Source of the DNA: Myxococcales bacterium
GTDB taxonomy: Bacteria; Myxococcota; Myxococcia; Myxococcales; Anaeromyxobacteraceae
Length of the DNA stretch: 28,785 nt
NCBI GenBank assembly: GCA_021848865.1
Contig: JAJZTO010000001.1
Span: 1 to 28,785, forward strand
Direction: 5' to 3'
Positions 8,394-16,145 of this stretch are shown here, in pieces. A program made the translations under genes and the position numbers. A model generated the notes under the pieces. It had not been told where the DNA came from. It saw nothing but the letters and a program-made list of their open reading frames with translations, and made no database searches. Within the stretch, counting starts at the first letter, position 1, and each line of letters begins with the position of its first letter.

Positions 8394-9973
8394 CCGCCCG
8401 CACCGTGATGGTCCAGGGGACCGCCTCGTCCGTCGGCAAGAGCCTCGTCACCACCGCGCTCTGCCGGCTCTTCCGCCGCGCCGGCCTCCGCGTCGCGCCC
8501 TTCAAGGCGCAGAACATGGCGCTCAACTCGGCCGTCTCGGCGGACGGTGGCGAGATCGGGCGCGCCCAGGCGGTGCAGGCCGAGGCCGCCGGCGTGGCCC
8601 CGACCGTCGACATGAACCCGATCCTCCTCAAGCCGGAGGGCGACGCCAGATCGCAGGTGGTGGTGCTGGGCAAGCCCATCGCCTCGATGGGTGCGGCCGA
8701 GTACCACGCCCGGAAGCCGGAGCTGCGCACGGTGGTGGCGGGAGCGCTCGCGCGGCTGCGTGCGGCGCACGACGTCGTCGTGATCGAGGGCGCCGGCAGC
8801 CCGGCCGAGGTGAACCTCAAGGACCGCGACATCGTCAACATGGACGTCGCCCGCGCCGCGGACGCCCCGGTGCTGCTGGTGGGCGACATCGACCGCGGCG
8901 GCGTCTTCGCCGCCTTCGTGGGTACGCTCGAGCTGCTCGATCCGCCGGAGCGGGCGCGCGTCGCCGCGTTCGTGGTGAACAAGTTCCGCGGCGACGTGGG
9001 GCTCCTGCAGCCCGGGCTCGACTTCCTCACCGGGCGCACCGGCGTCCCGGTGCTGGGGGTCCTCCCGTTCGTTCGCGGGCTGCGGATCGCGGACGAGGAC
9101 TCGGTCTCGCTCGACGACCGCCGGAGCCACCGCCTCCCCAGCGACGGGGAGCTCGGGATCGCGGTGATCCGGTTGCCACGCATCGCCAACCACGACGACC
9201 TCGAGCCGCTCGAGCACGAGGCCGGGGTGGCGGTGCGCTGGGTGGAGGATCCGCGCGGCCTCACCGATGCGGACCTGGTCGTGCTGCCGGGCTCGAAGTG
9301 CACCGCCGACGACCTCGCCTGGCTGCGGGCGACCGGGCTCGCGGCCGCGCTGGCACGCCGGGCTGCCCGGGGAGACCCGGTGCTCGGGATCTGCGGCGGC
9401 TGCCAGATGCTGGGGGAGTCGATCCACGACCCACTCGGCGTCGAGTCCCCGTTGGGCGTATTGGAGGGGCTCGGCCTGCTGCCGCTGCGGACCCACTTCG
9501 CGCAGGAGAAGGTGACCGCGCGCGCCCGGGCCCGCATCGCGACCAGCTCCTTCCTCGGCGATGCCGGCCCGGTCCGCTTCGACGGCTACGAGATCCACAT
9601 GGGCGCGGTCGAGCCTCTCGCTGGCGCTCGCCCCGCGTTCGAGGTGCTCGAGCGGAACGGCGCGGCCGCCGCGGTGGCGGACGGGGCCGTCTCGGACGAT
9701 GGGACGGTCGTCGGGACGCTGCTTCACGGGTTGCTGGAGAACGACGGGGTCCGCGCCGCACTGCTCCGCAACCTGCGGCACCGGCGCGGTCTCTCGGCCG
9801 AGCCCGGCCGGCGCATCGCCGCCCGTGAGGAGGAGTACGACCGGCTGGCGGACCACGTCCTCGCGCACCTGAACTGGGAGCTCCTCTGCCGGATCGCCGG
9901 CCTGGAGACTCCGCGTCCCGCCCCCGTCGCCACGCACCTCACCCACCCGAGCCGCCGGACGCCGGCGGCGTGA
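8390..9973 (+). CDS. cobQ: Cobyric acid synthase (CobQ/CbiP)
   Basis: MVQGTASSVGKS, PFKAQNMALNS, GEIGRAQ, MNPILLKP, EGAGSPAEVNL, DIDRGGVFA, NKFRGD, LPGSK, GICGG.QMLG, GYEIHMG and HG..EN; ATGA coupling to the upstream gene. Confidence 0.96.
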   Translation: MTARTVMVQGTASSVGKSLVTTALCRLFRRAGLRVAPFKAQNMALNSAVSADGGEIGRAQAVQAEAAGVAPTVDMNPILLKPEGDARSQVVVLGKPIASMGAAEYHARKPELRTVVAGALARLRAAHDVVVIEGAGSPAEVNLKDRDIVNMDVARAADAPVLLVGDIDRGGVFAAFVGTLELLDPPERARVAAFVVNKFRGDVGLLQPGLDFLTGRTGVPVLGVLPFVRGLRIADEDSVSLDDRRSHRLPSDGELGIAVIRLPRIANHDDLEPLEHEAGVAVRWVEDPRGLTDADLVVLPGSKCTADDLAWLRATGLAAALARRAARGDPVLGICGGCQMLGESIHDPLGVESPLGVLEGLGLLPLRTHFAQEKVTARARARIATSSFLGDAGPVRFDGYEIHMGAVEPLAGARPAFEVLERNGAAAAVADGAVSDDGTVVGTLLHGLLENDGVRAALLRNLRHRRGLSAEPGRRIAAREEEYDRLADHVLAHLNWELLCRIAGLETPRPAPVATHLTHPSRRTPAA

Positions 9974-10266
9974 TGGCACGCATGCATGCCGCCTTCCACA
10001 CGGAGAACGCGGAGGCCACGGAGCTGTATTCCGGGGAGCTGGGCGCCACCCGCCGCCACCCCAAGCTGGATGGGAGCCTCGGGTCACCGGTCGAGATCTG
10101 CCTCACCTGCGACCGGGACCGTGCTGGCCCGGTGGTGGCTGGGCGCACGCTCATCCGGACCACGGACCTCATGAGCTCGGTGCCCGCCGTCTCGAACCTT
10201 GACGCTCAACCCGCGGCGGCCGCCAGCAGGAATCCCAGCTCGGCGAGCTCGATACAGGCGCCGTAG
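9973..10266 (+). CDS. Small hypothetical ORF (97 aa), doubtful
   Basis: ATG overlaps the cobQ stop (TGATG). Third codon positions are mostly G/C over the first ~70 codons. No recognisable family; the 3' end overlaps cobS on the opposite strand by 61 nt. Confidence 0.3.
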   Translation: MARMHAAFHTENAEATELYSGELGATRRHPKLDGSLGSPVEICLTCDRDRAGPVVAGRTLIRTTDLMSSVPAVSNLDAQPAAAASRNPSSASSIQAP

Positions 10267-10943
10267 ACGTCTCCCGTGAGTCCGCCGAGGCGGCGGTGCA
10301 CGGCGAGCGCCGCCGCCCCGGCCGCGAGGAGCGCACCGATGACGGGCAGCACGGCGTGGCCGCGCATGCCGGCGGCCGCTGCGGCGGCGAAGGCACCCGC
10401 GGCGGCCACGTGCCAGCCTCGCCCTCCTCCGTGGAACGGCTTGCCGAGCCCCTCCGGGCGCGCGTACGGGAGCCAGACGACGAGGGGCACCACGGCGAAG
10501 CGTGCCACCGCCGGGAACGCGAGGAGCGCAAAGAGGTCGCCGCGGCCGAGCACCGTCACCAGCGCGGCGGCCTTGAGCATCAACACCAGGACCAGCGCCG
10601 CGGCGCCGTGCGCACCGATCCGGCTGTCCCTCATGATGGCGAGGGTGCGGGCACGATCCCCCGCGCCCCCGGAGAAGCCGTCGAACACGTCCGCGAGCCC
10701 GTCGAGGTGGAGACCTCCCGTCAGGAACGCGTGCACCGCGACCAGGAGCACCCCCCCGAGAAGCGGTGGCAGCGGCCCGGCGATCGCCGCCGCGAGCGCC
10801 GCCAGCGCTGCGCCGAGCAGCGCACCGGCGACCGGGAAGAACGGGAGGGAGCGCCCGAGATCCTCGCCGGTCACGTCCCCGACGCGCGCTGGGAACCGCG
10901 TGAGGAACTGCACGGCGACAGCGAGGGGCCGGGCGACGCTCAT
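10206..10943 (-). CDS. cobS: Adenosylcobinamide-GDP ribazoletransferase, cobamide synthase (CobS)
   Basis: QFLTRFP, FFPVAGALLG, TGGLHLDGLADVFDG, IMRDSRIGAHG and GGLTGDVYGA..E..E; ATG at 10943 overlaps the cobU stop (ATGA). Confidence 0.96.
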   Translation of the reverse strand: MSVARPLAVAVQFLTRFPARVGDVTGEDLGRSLPFFPVAGALLGAALAALAAAIAGPLPPLLGGVLLVAVHAFLTGGLHLDGLADVFDGFSGGAGDRARTLAIMRDSRIGAHGAAALVLVLMLKAAALVTVLGRGDLFALLAFPAVARFAVVPLVVWLPYARPEGLGKPFHGGGRGWHVAAAGAFAAAAAAGMRGHAVLPVIGALLAAGAAALAVHRRLGGLTGDVYGACIELAELGFLLAAAAG

Positions 10944-11500
10944 CCGCCCACCGCCGGGGTGAGCGCCGCCACCGGACCCGGCGACAGCCGCAGCACGACG
11001 CCCATGACCACGAAATGGACCTCGTCGGCGAGAACGGCGATCCGCTGGTGTCCCCGGCCCGCCAGATCGCGGAAGCGGCGCCCGAGCGCCGTCTCCGGGT
11101 GGACGCCCATTCCGACCTCGTTCGTGACCAGCACCACGTGACAGGGAGGGGCCGCGAGGACGCGGCACAGATCCTCCAGCCGCGCGTCGACCGCCGCGTC
11201 GTCCGCCCCGTCCACGAGGAGGTTCGAGACCCACAGCGTCAGGCAGTCGATCAGGGCGACGTCCGCCGAGTCGAGGGCCGCGAGGCGGCCGGGCAGATCC
11301 ACCGGCTCCTCGACCGTGGCGAAGTCCGCGCCACGCTCCTCGACGTGCCGGTCGATGCGGGCCGAGAGGTCGGCGTCGTACCGGCGCGCCGTGGCGATGA
11401 AGGTGCGCCGGGCGCCGAGCGAGCGTGCCAGGGCGAGCGCATGGGCGCTCTTGCCCGATCGCGCCCCTCCCCCGACGAGGATCACCTTCCGGTGCGACAT
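10940..11500 (-). CDS. cobU: Bifunctional adenosylcobinamide kinase / adenosylcobinamide-phosphate guanylyltransferase (CobU/CobP)
   Basis: GGARSGKS, FIATA, RI.RH..ER, EEP, DCLTLWVSN and VTNEVGMG.HP...LGRRFRD..G; TGATG coupling with the upstream gene at 11500. Confidence 0.95.
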   Translation of the reverse strand: MSHRKVILVGGGARSGKSAHALALARSLGARRTFIATARRYDADLSARIDRHVEERGADFATVEEPVDLPGRLAALDSADVALIDCLTLWVSNLLVDGADDAAVDARLEDLCRVLAAPPCHVVLVTNEVGMGVHPETALGRRFRDLAGRGHQRIAVLADEVHFVVMGVVLRLSPGPVAALTPAVGG

Positions 11501-12300
11501 CAACTCTCCGCCAGGAGTTCCTCGAGGACCGCCAGCGACTCCGCGAGATCGGCCTCGCCGAACACCTCCAGGGTGAGGACGCCTTGGTAGCTCACGGCGC
11601 GGAGCATGTCGAGGAGCTCCCGCAGGATGGCCGCCGGGACGTGACGCAGCGACCGGTGGTCGCGTCCGCCCGGCTCCACGCCATGGACCTGGACGACCCG
11701 CGCGCGGCACAGGTGGCGTTCCAGGAGCGGGCGCACCGGCCGTCCGTCGCGCAACAGGTGGCCCACGTCGAGCGCGGTCGAGAGCCCCAGCGCTTCCACG
11801 ACCGGCGCGATCGCCTCGAACTCGTAGTCCAGCGATTCCACGGACAGCACCTGGGGCGCGACGCCCCACTCGACGATCTCGGAGAGGGATCGCGCGGCAC
11901 GGCGACGGAACGCGGCGAGGTCGCGAGGGAGCGGATCGCCTTCCCGGTCCCCCGCGTAGACGTGGACCACGATGGCGCCAGGCACGACGCGCTGCGTCCT
12001 CTCGACCGCTCGCAGGACTCGCCGGACGCCGTCTCGCCGTCTCTCCTCGTCCTCGCTCGCGAGGCTCGCCTCCAGCGGCGTGTGCAGCGAGTAGGTGAGC
12101 CCGGTCCGGGCACGCAGGTCGGCGAGACCTGCGACCTCCTCGATCGAAGGAAGCGCGGCGGGGTCGCCGTCGAAGCAGAGCAGCTCCACGTCCTCGACCC
12201 GGGTCGCGAGCCTGGCGGCGTTCTCGAGCCAGCCGGCGCGATGGATGAAGGACGTCGTCCCCAGACGGCAGTGCAGGCCATGACGGGCGGCGGGCGCCAT
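11500..12300 (-). CDS. cbiR: Cobamide-remodelling phosphodiesterase CbiR-like (xylose-isomerase/AP-endonuclease-2 TIM barrel)
   Basis: RLGTTSFI, VEDVELL.F, TYSLHTPL, VVH, VESLD, LDVGH, VQVHG, DHRSL and LTLEVF match the metal-binding E/H/D residues of this barrel family. Translationally coupled to cobU-cobS. Start chosen at ATG 12300; no clear SD. Confidence 0.78.
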   Translation of the reverse strand: MAPAARHGLHCRLGTTSFIHRAGWLENAARLATRVEDVELLCFDGDPAALPSIEEVAGLADLRARTGLTYSLHTPLEASLASEDEERRRDGVRRVLRAVERTQRVVPGAIVVHVYAGDREGDPLPRDLAAFRRRAARSLSEIVEWGVAPQVLSVESLDYEFEAIAPVVEALGLSTALDVGHLLRDGRPVRPLLERHLCRARVVQVHGVEPGGRDHRSLRHVPAAILRELLDMLRAVSYQGVLTLEVFGEADLAESLAVLEELLAES

Positions 12301-12444
12301 GCTCGAGTTCGCGGTGGCACCGGGATGAACGCCCGGTTCGCACCCTGGTCGCACCGTACACCATCCGACCTGGGCCCCGGGAAGCGGCGGCGCGGCCCCG
12401 ATCGATGCCCGTGCGGCCGCCCCGCCTCCGCCACCACGTCCCCG

Positions 12445-12471
12445 GGGGGACCCGGCGCCCGGACGTCCCCC
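12445..12471 (-). terminator. GC-rich hairpin (GGGGGAC...GTCCCCC) just after the last gene of the catabolic operon; possible intrinsic terminator lacking a U-tract
   Basis: 7-bp stem 12445-12451/12465-12471 with an inner CCGG/CCGG pairing, 2 nt after the TAG at 12474-12476; no poly-U tail. Confidence 0.3.
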
Positions 12472-12473
12472 GT

Positions 12474-13394
12474 CTACGCGCCGCCCGCGAGCGACGCCAG
12501 GTAGCGGTGGATCTCGGTGTGGTCCGCGCCCGGCTCCAGCGCCTCCAGGGCCCGGTCCCAAAGCTGGCTGACGGCCTGGGCGGTCGGGGCGGCCACGTCC
12601 AGCTGCCCGGCCAGGGCGGCGGCGGTGCGCAGATCCTTGGCCATCAGCGCCAGCGAGAAGCCCGAGGCGAAGCTGCCCGAGAGGATGAACTGCCGGGCCT
12701 TGGCCTCGGTGCTGTTGTTGCGGCCGGTGGAGGCGTTGAGGATGTCCACCATCTTCCCGGGGTCCAGGCCGAAGCGGCCGCCGACGATCAGCGCCTCGCA
12801 GGTCGCCTGGAGGCCGGCGGCGGAGACGAAGTTGTTGAGCGCCTTCATGGCGTGGCCCGTGCCCAGCGCGCCGGTCTCGTGGACGACGCCGCCCATGGCG
12901 GCGAGCAGCGGCCTGCAGCGGGCCACCAGGCCCGGGTCGCCGCCGGCCATGATGGCCAGGGTGCGATCCCGGGCCCGCTTCACGCCCCCGGAGACCGGCG
13001 CGTCGACCAGCCCCAGCCCCCGCGCGGCCAGCTCCTCGCCCAGGCGCCGGGTGGCCAGGGGCGCAGAGGAGCTCATGTCCACCACCAGCGCCCCGCGCGG
13101 CAGGCCCTCCGCCAGCCCGCCGGGCCCGAACACCGCCTCCCGCACCGCGGCGCCGTCGGGGAGCATGGTGATGGCCGCCGCGGCGCCGGCGGCGGCCGCC
13201 GCGGGCGAGGCGGCCCGGACCGCGCCGGTCCCCGCGGCCGCGAAGCCGTCGAGGGCCGCCGCCGAGCGGTCGAAGACCCGCACCGTCCAGCCGCCGGCCG
13301 CGAGGTGGCCGGCCATGGGAGCCCCCATGCGCCCCAGGCCCACGAAGGCCACCGCCGCCGGCGGCCGCAGCCCGGCGTCGGGAGCGCCGCTCAA
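12474..13394 (-). CDS. NAD(P)-dependent beta-hydroxyacid dehydrogenase (3-hydroxyisobutyrate dehydrogenase / 2-hydroxy-3-oxopropionate reductase family)
   Basis: FVGLGRMGAPMA, ITMLPD, VDMSSS, VDAPVSGG, MKALNN (catalytic Lys) and GF.LALMAKDL; TTG start overlapping the upstream TGA. Confidence 0.9.
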   Translation of the reverse strand: MSGAPDAGLRPPAAVAFVGLGRMGAPMAGHLAAGGWTVRVFDRSAAALDGFAAAGTGAVRAASPAAAAAGAAAAITMLPDGAAVREAVFGPGGLAEGLPRGALVVDMSSSAPLATRRLGEELAARGLGLVDAPVSGGVKRARDRTLAIMAGGDPGLVARCRPLLAAMGGVVHETGALGTGHAMKALNNFVSAAGLQATCEALIVGGRFGLDPGKMVDILNASTGRNNSTEAKARQFILSGSFASGFSLALMAKDLRTAAALAGQLDVAAPTAQAVSQLWDRALEALEPGADHTEIHRYLASLAGGA

Positions 13395-13768
13395 ATGCCC
13401 GCCTCCCGGAAGGCCTCGCGGGCCACGCGGAAGGCGTCCACCGCCGCCGGCACGCCGCAGTAGATGGCCACCTGCAAGAGCACCTCGCGGATCTCCTCCT
13501 TGGTGAGGCCGTTGCGGATGGCGCCGCGCACGTGCAGCTTCAGCTCGTGGGGGCGGTTGAGGGCGCTGATCATCGCCAGGTTCATGATGCTGCGGGCCTT
13601 GCGGTCGAGGGTGGGCCGGCCCCAGACCTCGCCCCAGCAGTACCTCGTCACCAGCTCCTGGAGCGGGCGGCTGAAGTCGTCGGCGTTCTTGAGCGCCGCG
13701 TCCACGTACTCCGGCCCCAGCACCTCGCGGCGGATCTTCAGCCCCTTCTCGAACAGCTCGTCGGCCAT
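13391..13768 (-). CDS. Carboxymuconolactone decarboxylase (PcaC-like) family protein
   Basis: G.KIRREVLG.EYVD, LQELVT.YCWGEVW.R..LDRK.RS, LNRPHELKLHVRGA..NG and AIYCGVPAA; ATG 13768 with AAGGAG SD. Confidence 0.9.
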   Translation of the reverse strand: MADELFEKGLKIRREVLGPEYVDAALKNADDFSRPLQELVTRYCWGEVWGRPTLDRKARSIMNLAMISALNRPHELKLHVRGAIRNGLTKEEIREVLLQVAIYCGVPAAVDAFRVAREAFREAGI

Positions 13769-13808
13769 GGCTTGCTCCTTCACGTGGGTTGGTGCGGCGG
13801 TCGGGCGC

Positions 13809-14630
13809 TCAGCGCGCCAGCAACAGCGGGGTGGGCAGGGCCCGGAGGATCTCGCGGGCCTCGGTGGCGCCATGGCGGAGCGGGAAGCCGTGGCGCCCGG
13901 CCCCCATCACCGTCAGGTCGGCCTGGGACTCGAAGGCGTAGTTCCACAGCGCCTCGACCGGGCCGATGCCCTCGGAGGCCTGCACCGCCCGCTCCACCCG
14001 GGCGCGCACACCGTGCAGCGCCAGGTGGGCGCCGATGTCCGCCGGGGGCATGCGCAGCGCCGCCCCGCCGGGCACGGCCGCGCCCTGGAAGGCCAGCACC
14101 CCCACGAACTCGGCCCCGGCCAGCAGCGGCAGGGCGTCGTTGAGCGCCCGGGCCGCCTCCGGGCTGGCGTTCCAGCCGATGACCACCCGCCGGCCCAGCT
14201 CGCGCGAGCGCCAGCCCGCCGGCACCACCAGGAGCGGCCGGCCGCAGTCGGGCAGCACCTGCTCGACCAGGTCGGGGGGGACGCGGCCGCCCTCCTCGTG
14301 CTGGCCGAAGACGGCCAGGTCCACGTAGCGGCAACAGACCGCGGTGAGACCCACCAGGTCGGCGTGGCCCGCCGCCCCCACCAGCCACCAGTCGGCCTCG
14401 ACCCCGGCCTCGGCCACGGCCCGCCGGAAGGCGGCCTCGGCCCGGGCCGCGGCCGCCTCGAGCTGCTGCGGCGAGCGCTTGCCGACGATGCCCGGGCCCA
14501 GGGTGTCGGCCTCGGCGAAGAGCCCCACCAGCCGCGCCCCGTGGCGGCGCGCCAGCGCGGCGGCCAGCTCCAGCCTCGGCCCGGCCCCGTCGGTGGAGTC
14601 CACGTGGACCAGCAGGTGCTTGCAGGGCAT
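13809..14630 (-). CDS. Universal stress protein (tandem USP domains)
   Basis: KHLLVHVD, A.ALARRHGARLVGL, DLAVFGQ, GRPLLVVP, VVIGWNASPEAARALNDALPLL, DL.VMGA and PTPLLLA. Confidence 0.88.
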   Translation of the reverse strand: MPCKHLLVHVDSTDGAGPRLELAAALARRHGARLVGLFAEADTLGPGIVGKRSPQQLEAAAARAEAAFRRAVAEAGVEADWWLVGAAGHADLVGLTAVCCRYVDLAVFGQHEEGGRVPPDLVEQVLPDCGRPLLVVPAGWRSRELGRRVVIGWNASPEAARALNDALPLLAGAEFVGVLAFQGAAVPGGAALRMPPADIGAHLALHGVRARVERAVQASEGIGPVEALWNYAFESQADLTVMGAGRHGFPLRHGATEAREILRALPTPLLLAR

Positions 14631-14640
14631 GCCGCGTCCC

Positions 14641-15768
14641 CTAGCCGTTCGGCAGGAGGATCTGCCGCACCGCCTGGCCGGCGGCCAGGGCGTCGAAGGC
14701 GTCGTTGATGCGCTCGAGCGGCAGGGTGGCGGTCTGGAGCCTGTCCACCGGCATCTTCCCCGCCTTCCACAGGGCCAGGTAGCGGGGGATGTCCCGTTGC
14801 GGCGAGGCCGAGCCCATGTAGGAGCCGACCAGCGACTGTCCCAGCCCGGCGAAGGCCAGCGCCGGCAGCGTCACGGTCCTGGACGGGTGCGGCAGCCCCA
14901 CCGAGACCGCCATCCCGCCGCGGCGCAGCGCCCGGAAGGCCGCCTCCATCACCGCCGGCACGCCGGCTGCCTCGATGGTCACCTCGGCGCCGCCGCGGGT
15001 GAGATCCTTGATGGCCGCTTCCGCCTCCTCGGGCGCGAAGGCATGGGTCGCCCCCACCTCCAGCGCCAGCTTGCGCTTCGACGCCACCGGGTCGACGGCG
15101 GCGACGAAGGCCGCGCCGCCCGCCGCCGCCCCCATCACCGCGGCCTGGCCCACGCCCCCCAGGCCGAAGACCGCGACCGACTGGCCCGGCCGCACCGCGG
15201 CGGTGTTCAGCGCCGCCCCGGTCCCGGTGAGCACCGCGCAGCCGAAGAGCGCGGCGATGGGGTGCGGCACGTCGGCCGGCACCACCACCGCCGACTCGCG
15301 GGCCACCACCGCGTGGCGGGCGAAGCCGGAGACGCCCACGTGGTGGTGGATCACCTGGCCGGCGGCGTCGCGGAGCAGGGAGGGGCCGTGGAGCAGCGTG
15401 CCGGCGCCGTTGGCCGCGGCCGCCGGCGTGCACAGGGCCGGGCGCCCCGAGGAGCACTCCGGGCAGATGCCGCAGCTGGGCACGAAGGTCAGCACCACGT
15501 GGTCGCCCGGCTTCACGTCCCGGACCCCGGGCCCCACCTGCTCGACCACCCCGGCCGCCTCGTGGCCCAGGGCCATGGGCAGCGGCCGCACCCGCGAGCC
15601 GTCCACCACCGAGAGGTCGGAGTGGCAGACCCCGGCCGCCTCGATGCGGACCAGGAGCTCGCCCGCGCGCGGCGCCCCGAGCTCCACCTCCTCCAGCTTC
15701 ATGGGGGCGGAGGCGGCGTAGGGGCGCTGATCGGTGACGGCCCGGAGGACGGCGGCGACGGTCTTCAT
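14641..15768 (-). CDS. Zn-dependent alcohol dehydrogenase (MDR family), probably NAD-specific
   Basis: GVCHSD, GHEAAG, structural Zn C-x2-C-x2-C-x7-C (CGICPECSSGRPALC), FGCAVLTG and GLGGVG; acidic VDP at the end of the Rossmann beta2 strand. Confidence 0.93.
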   Translation of the reverse strand: MKTVAAVLRAVTDQRPYAASAPMKLEEVELGAPRAGELLVRIEAAGVCHSDLSVVDGSRVRPLPMALGHEAAGVVEQVGPGVRDVKPGDHVVLTFVPSCGICPECSSGRPALCTPAAAANGAGTLLHGPSLLRDAAGQVIHHHVGVSGFARHAVVARESAVVVPADVPHPIAALFGCAVLTGTGAALNTAAVRPGQSVAVFGLGGVGQAAVMGAAAGGAAFVAAVDPVASKRKLALEVGATHAFAPEEAEAAIKDLTRGGAEVTIEAAGVPAVMEAAFRALRRGGMAVSVGLPHPSRTVTLPALAFAGLGQSLVGSYMGSASPQRDIPRYLALWKAGKMPVDRLQTATLPLERINDAFDALAAGQAVRQILLPNG

Positions 15769-16145
15769 CGGCTCTCCCCTCCCGGGCCCGGCCCGGGGAT
15801 CGCGCCCGCGCTCGGCCGCACCACCGCCTCGGGGAGCTCGAGGTCGAGAAGCGGAGCGTGCTGCTGGGCGCCGTAGACGTCGGTCTCCCCGACGGCGCCG
15901 GAGACGACCGGGCGCACCAGGGTGGCCTTCACGGCGAAGGCCGGATCGTAGTGGACGAGCTTCAGCACCTTCTCGACGGGGACGCCGTAGAGCCGGGCCA
16001 CCAGCTCCCGGGTGAAGACCCCGGCCTCCTTCACCCGGCGATAGGTCTCGGCCTCGGGGAAGATCACGTCCAGGGTGAGCTCGTAGGGGCCGGAGTTCTT
16101 GCTGCGGATCACCCGGGCCACCTCGCGCAGCGGGACGGGGCTCAC
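15765..16145 (-). CDS. DUF4387-family protein (small partner of AtuA-like proteins)
   Basis: L.EVA.VIRSKNSGPYELTLDVIF and SG..GETDVYGAQQHAPLL; GTG 16145 overlaps the upstream TGA and its stop overlaps the ADH ATG. Confidence 0.85.
   Translation of the reverse strand: MSPVPLREVARVIRSKNSGPYELTLDVIFPEAETYRRVKEAGVFTRELVARLYGVPVEKVLKLVHYDPAFAVKATLVRPVVSGAVGETDVYGAQQHAPLLDLELPEAVVRPSAGAIPGPGPGGESR

Noticed and set aside
9974-9989. TGGCACGCATGCATGC, a sigma54-like -24/-12 promoter and GCATGCATGC palindrome
   Set aside because: The GG-to-GC spacing is one base too long for the rigid sigma54 consensus, and it sits at the end of the operon.
12301-12473. Possible cobalamin riboswitch upstream of cbiR-cobU-cobS
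   Set aside because: No B12-box (GCCACTG...GGGAAG) or other conserved core found on either strand by eye. An Infernal scan would be decisive.
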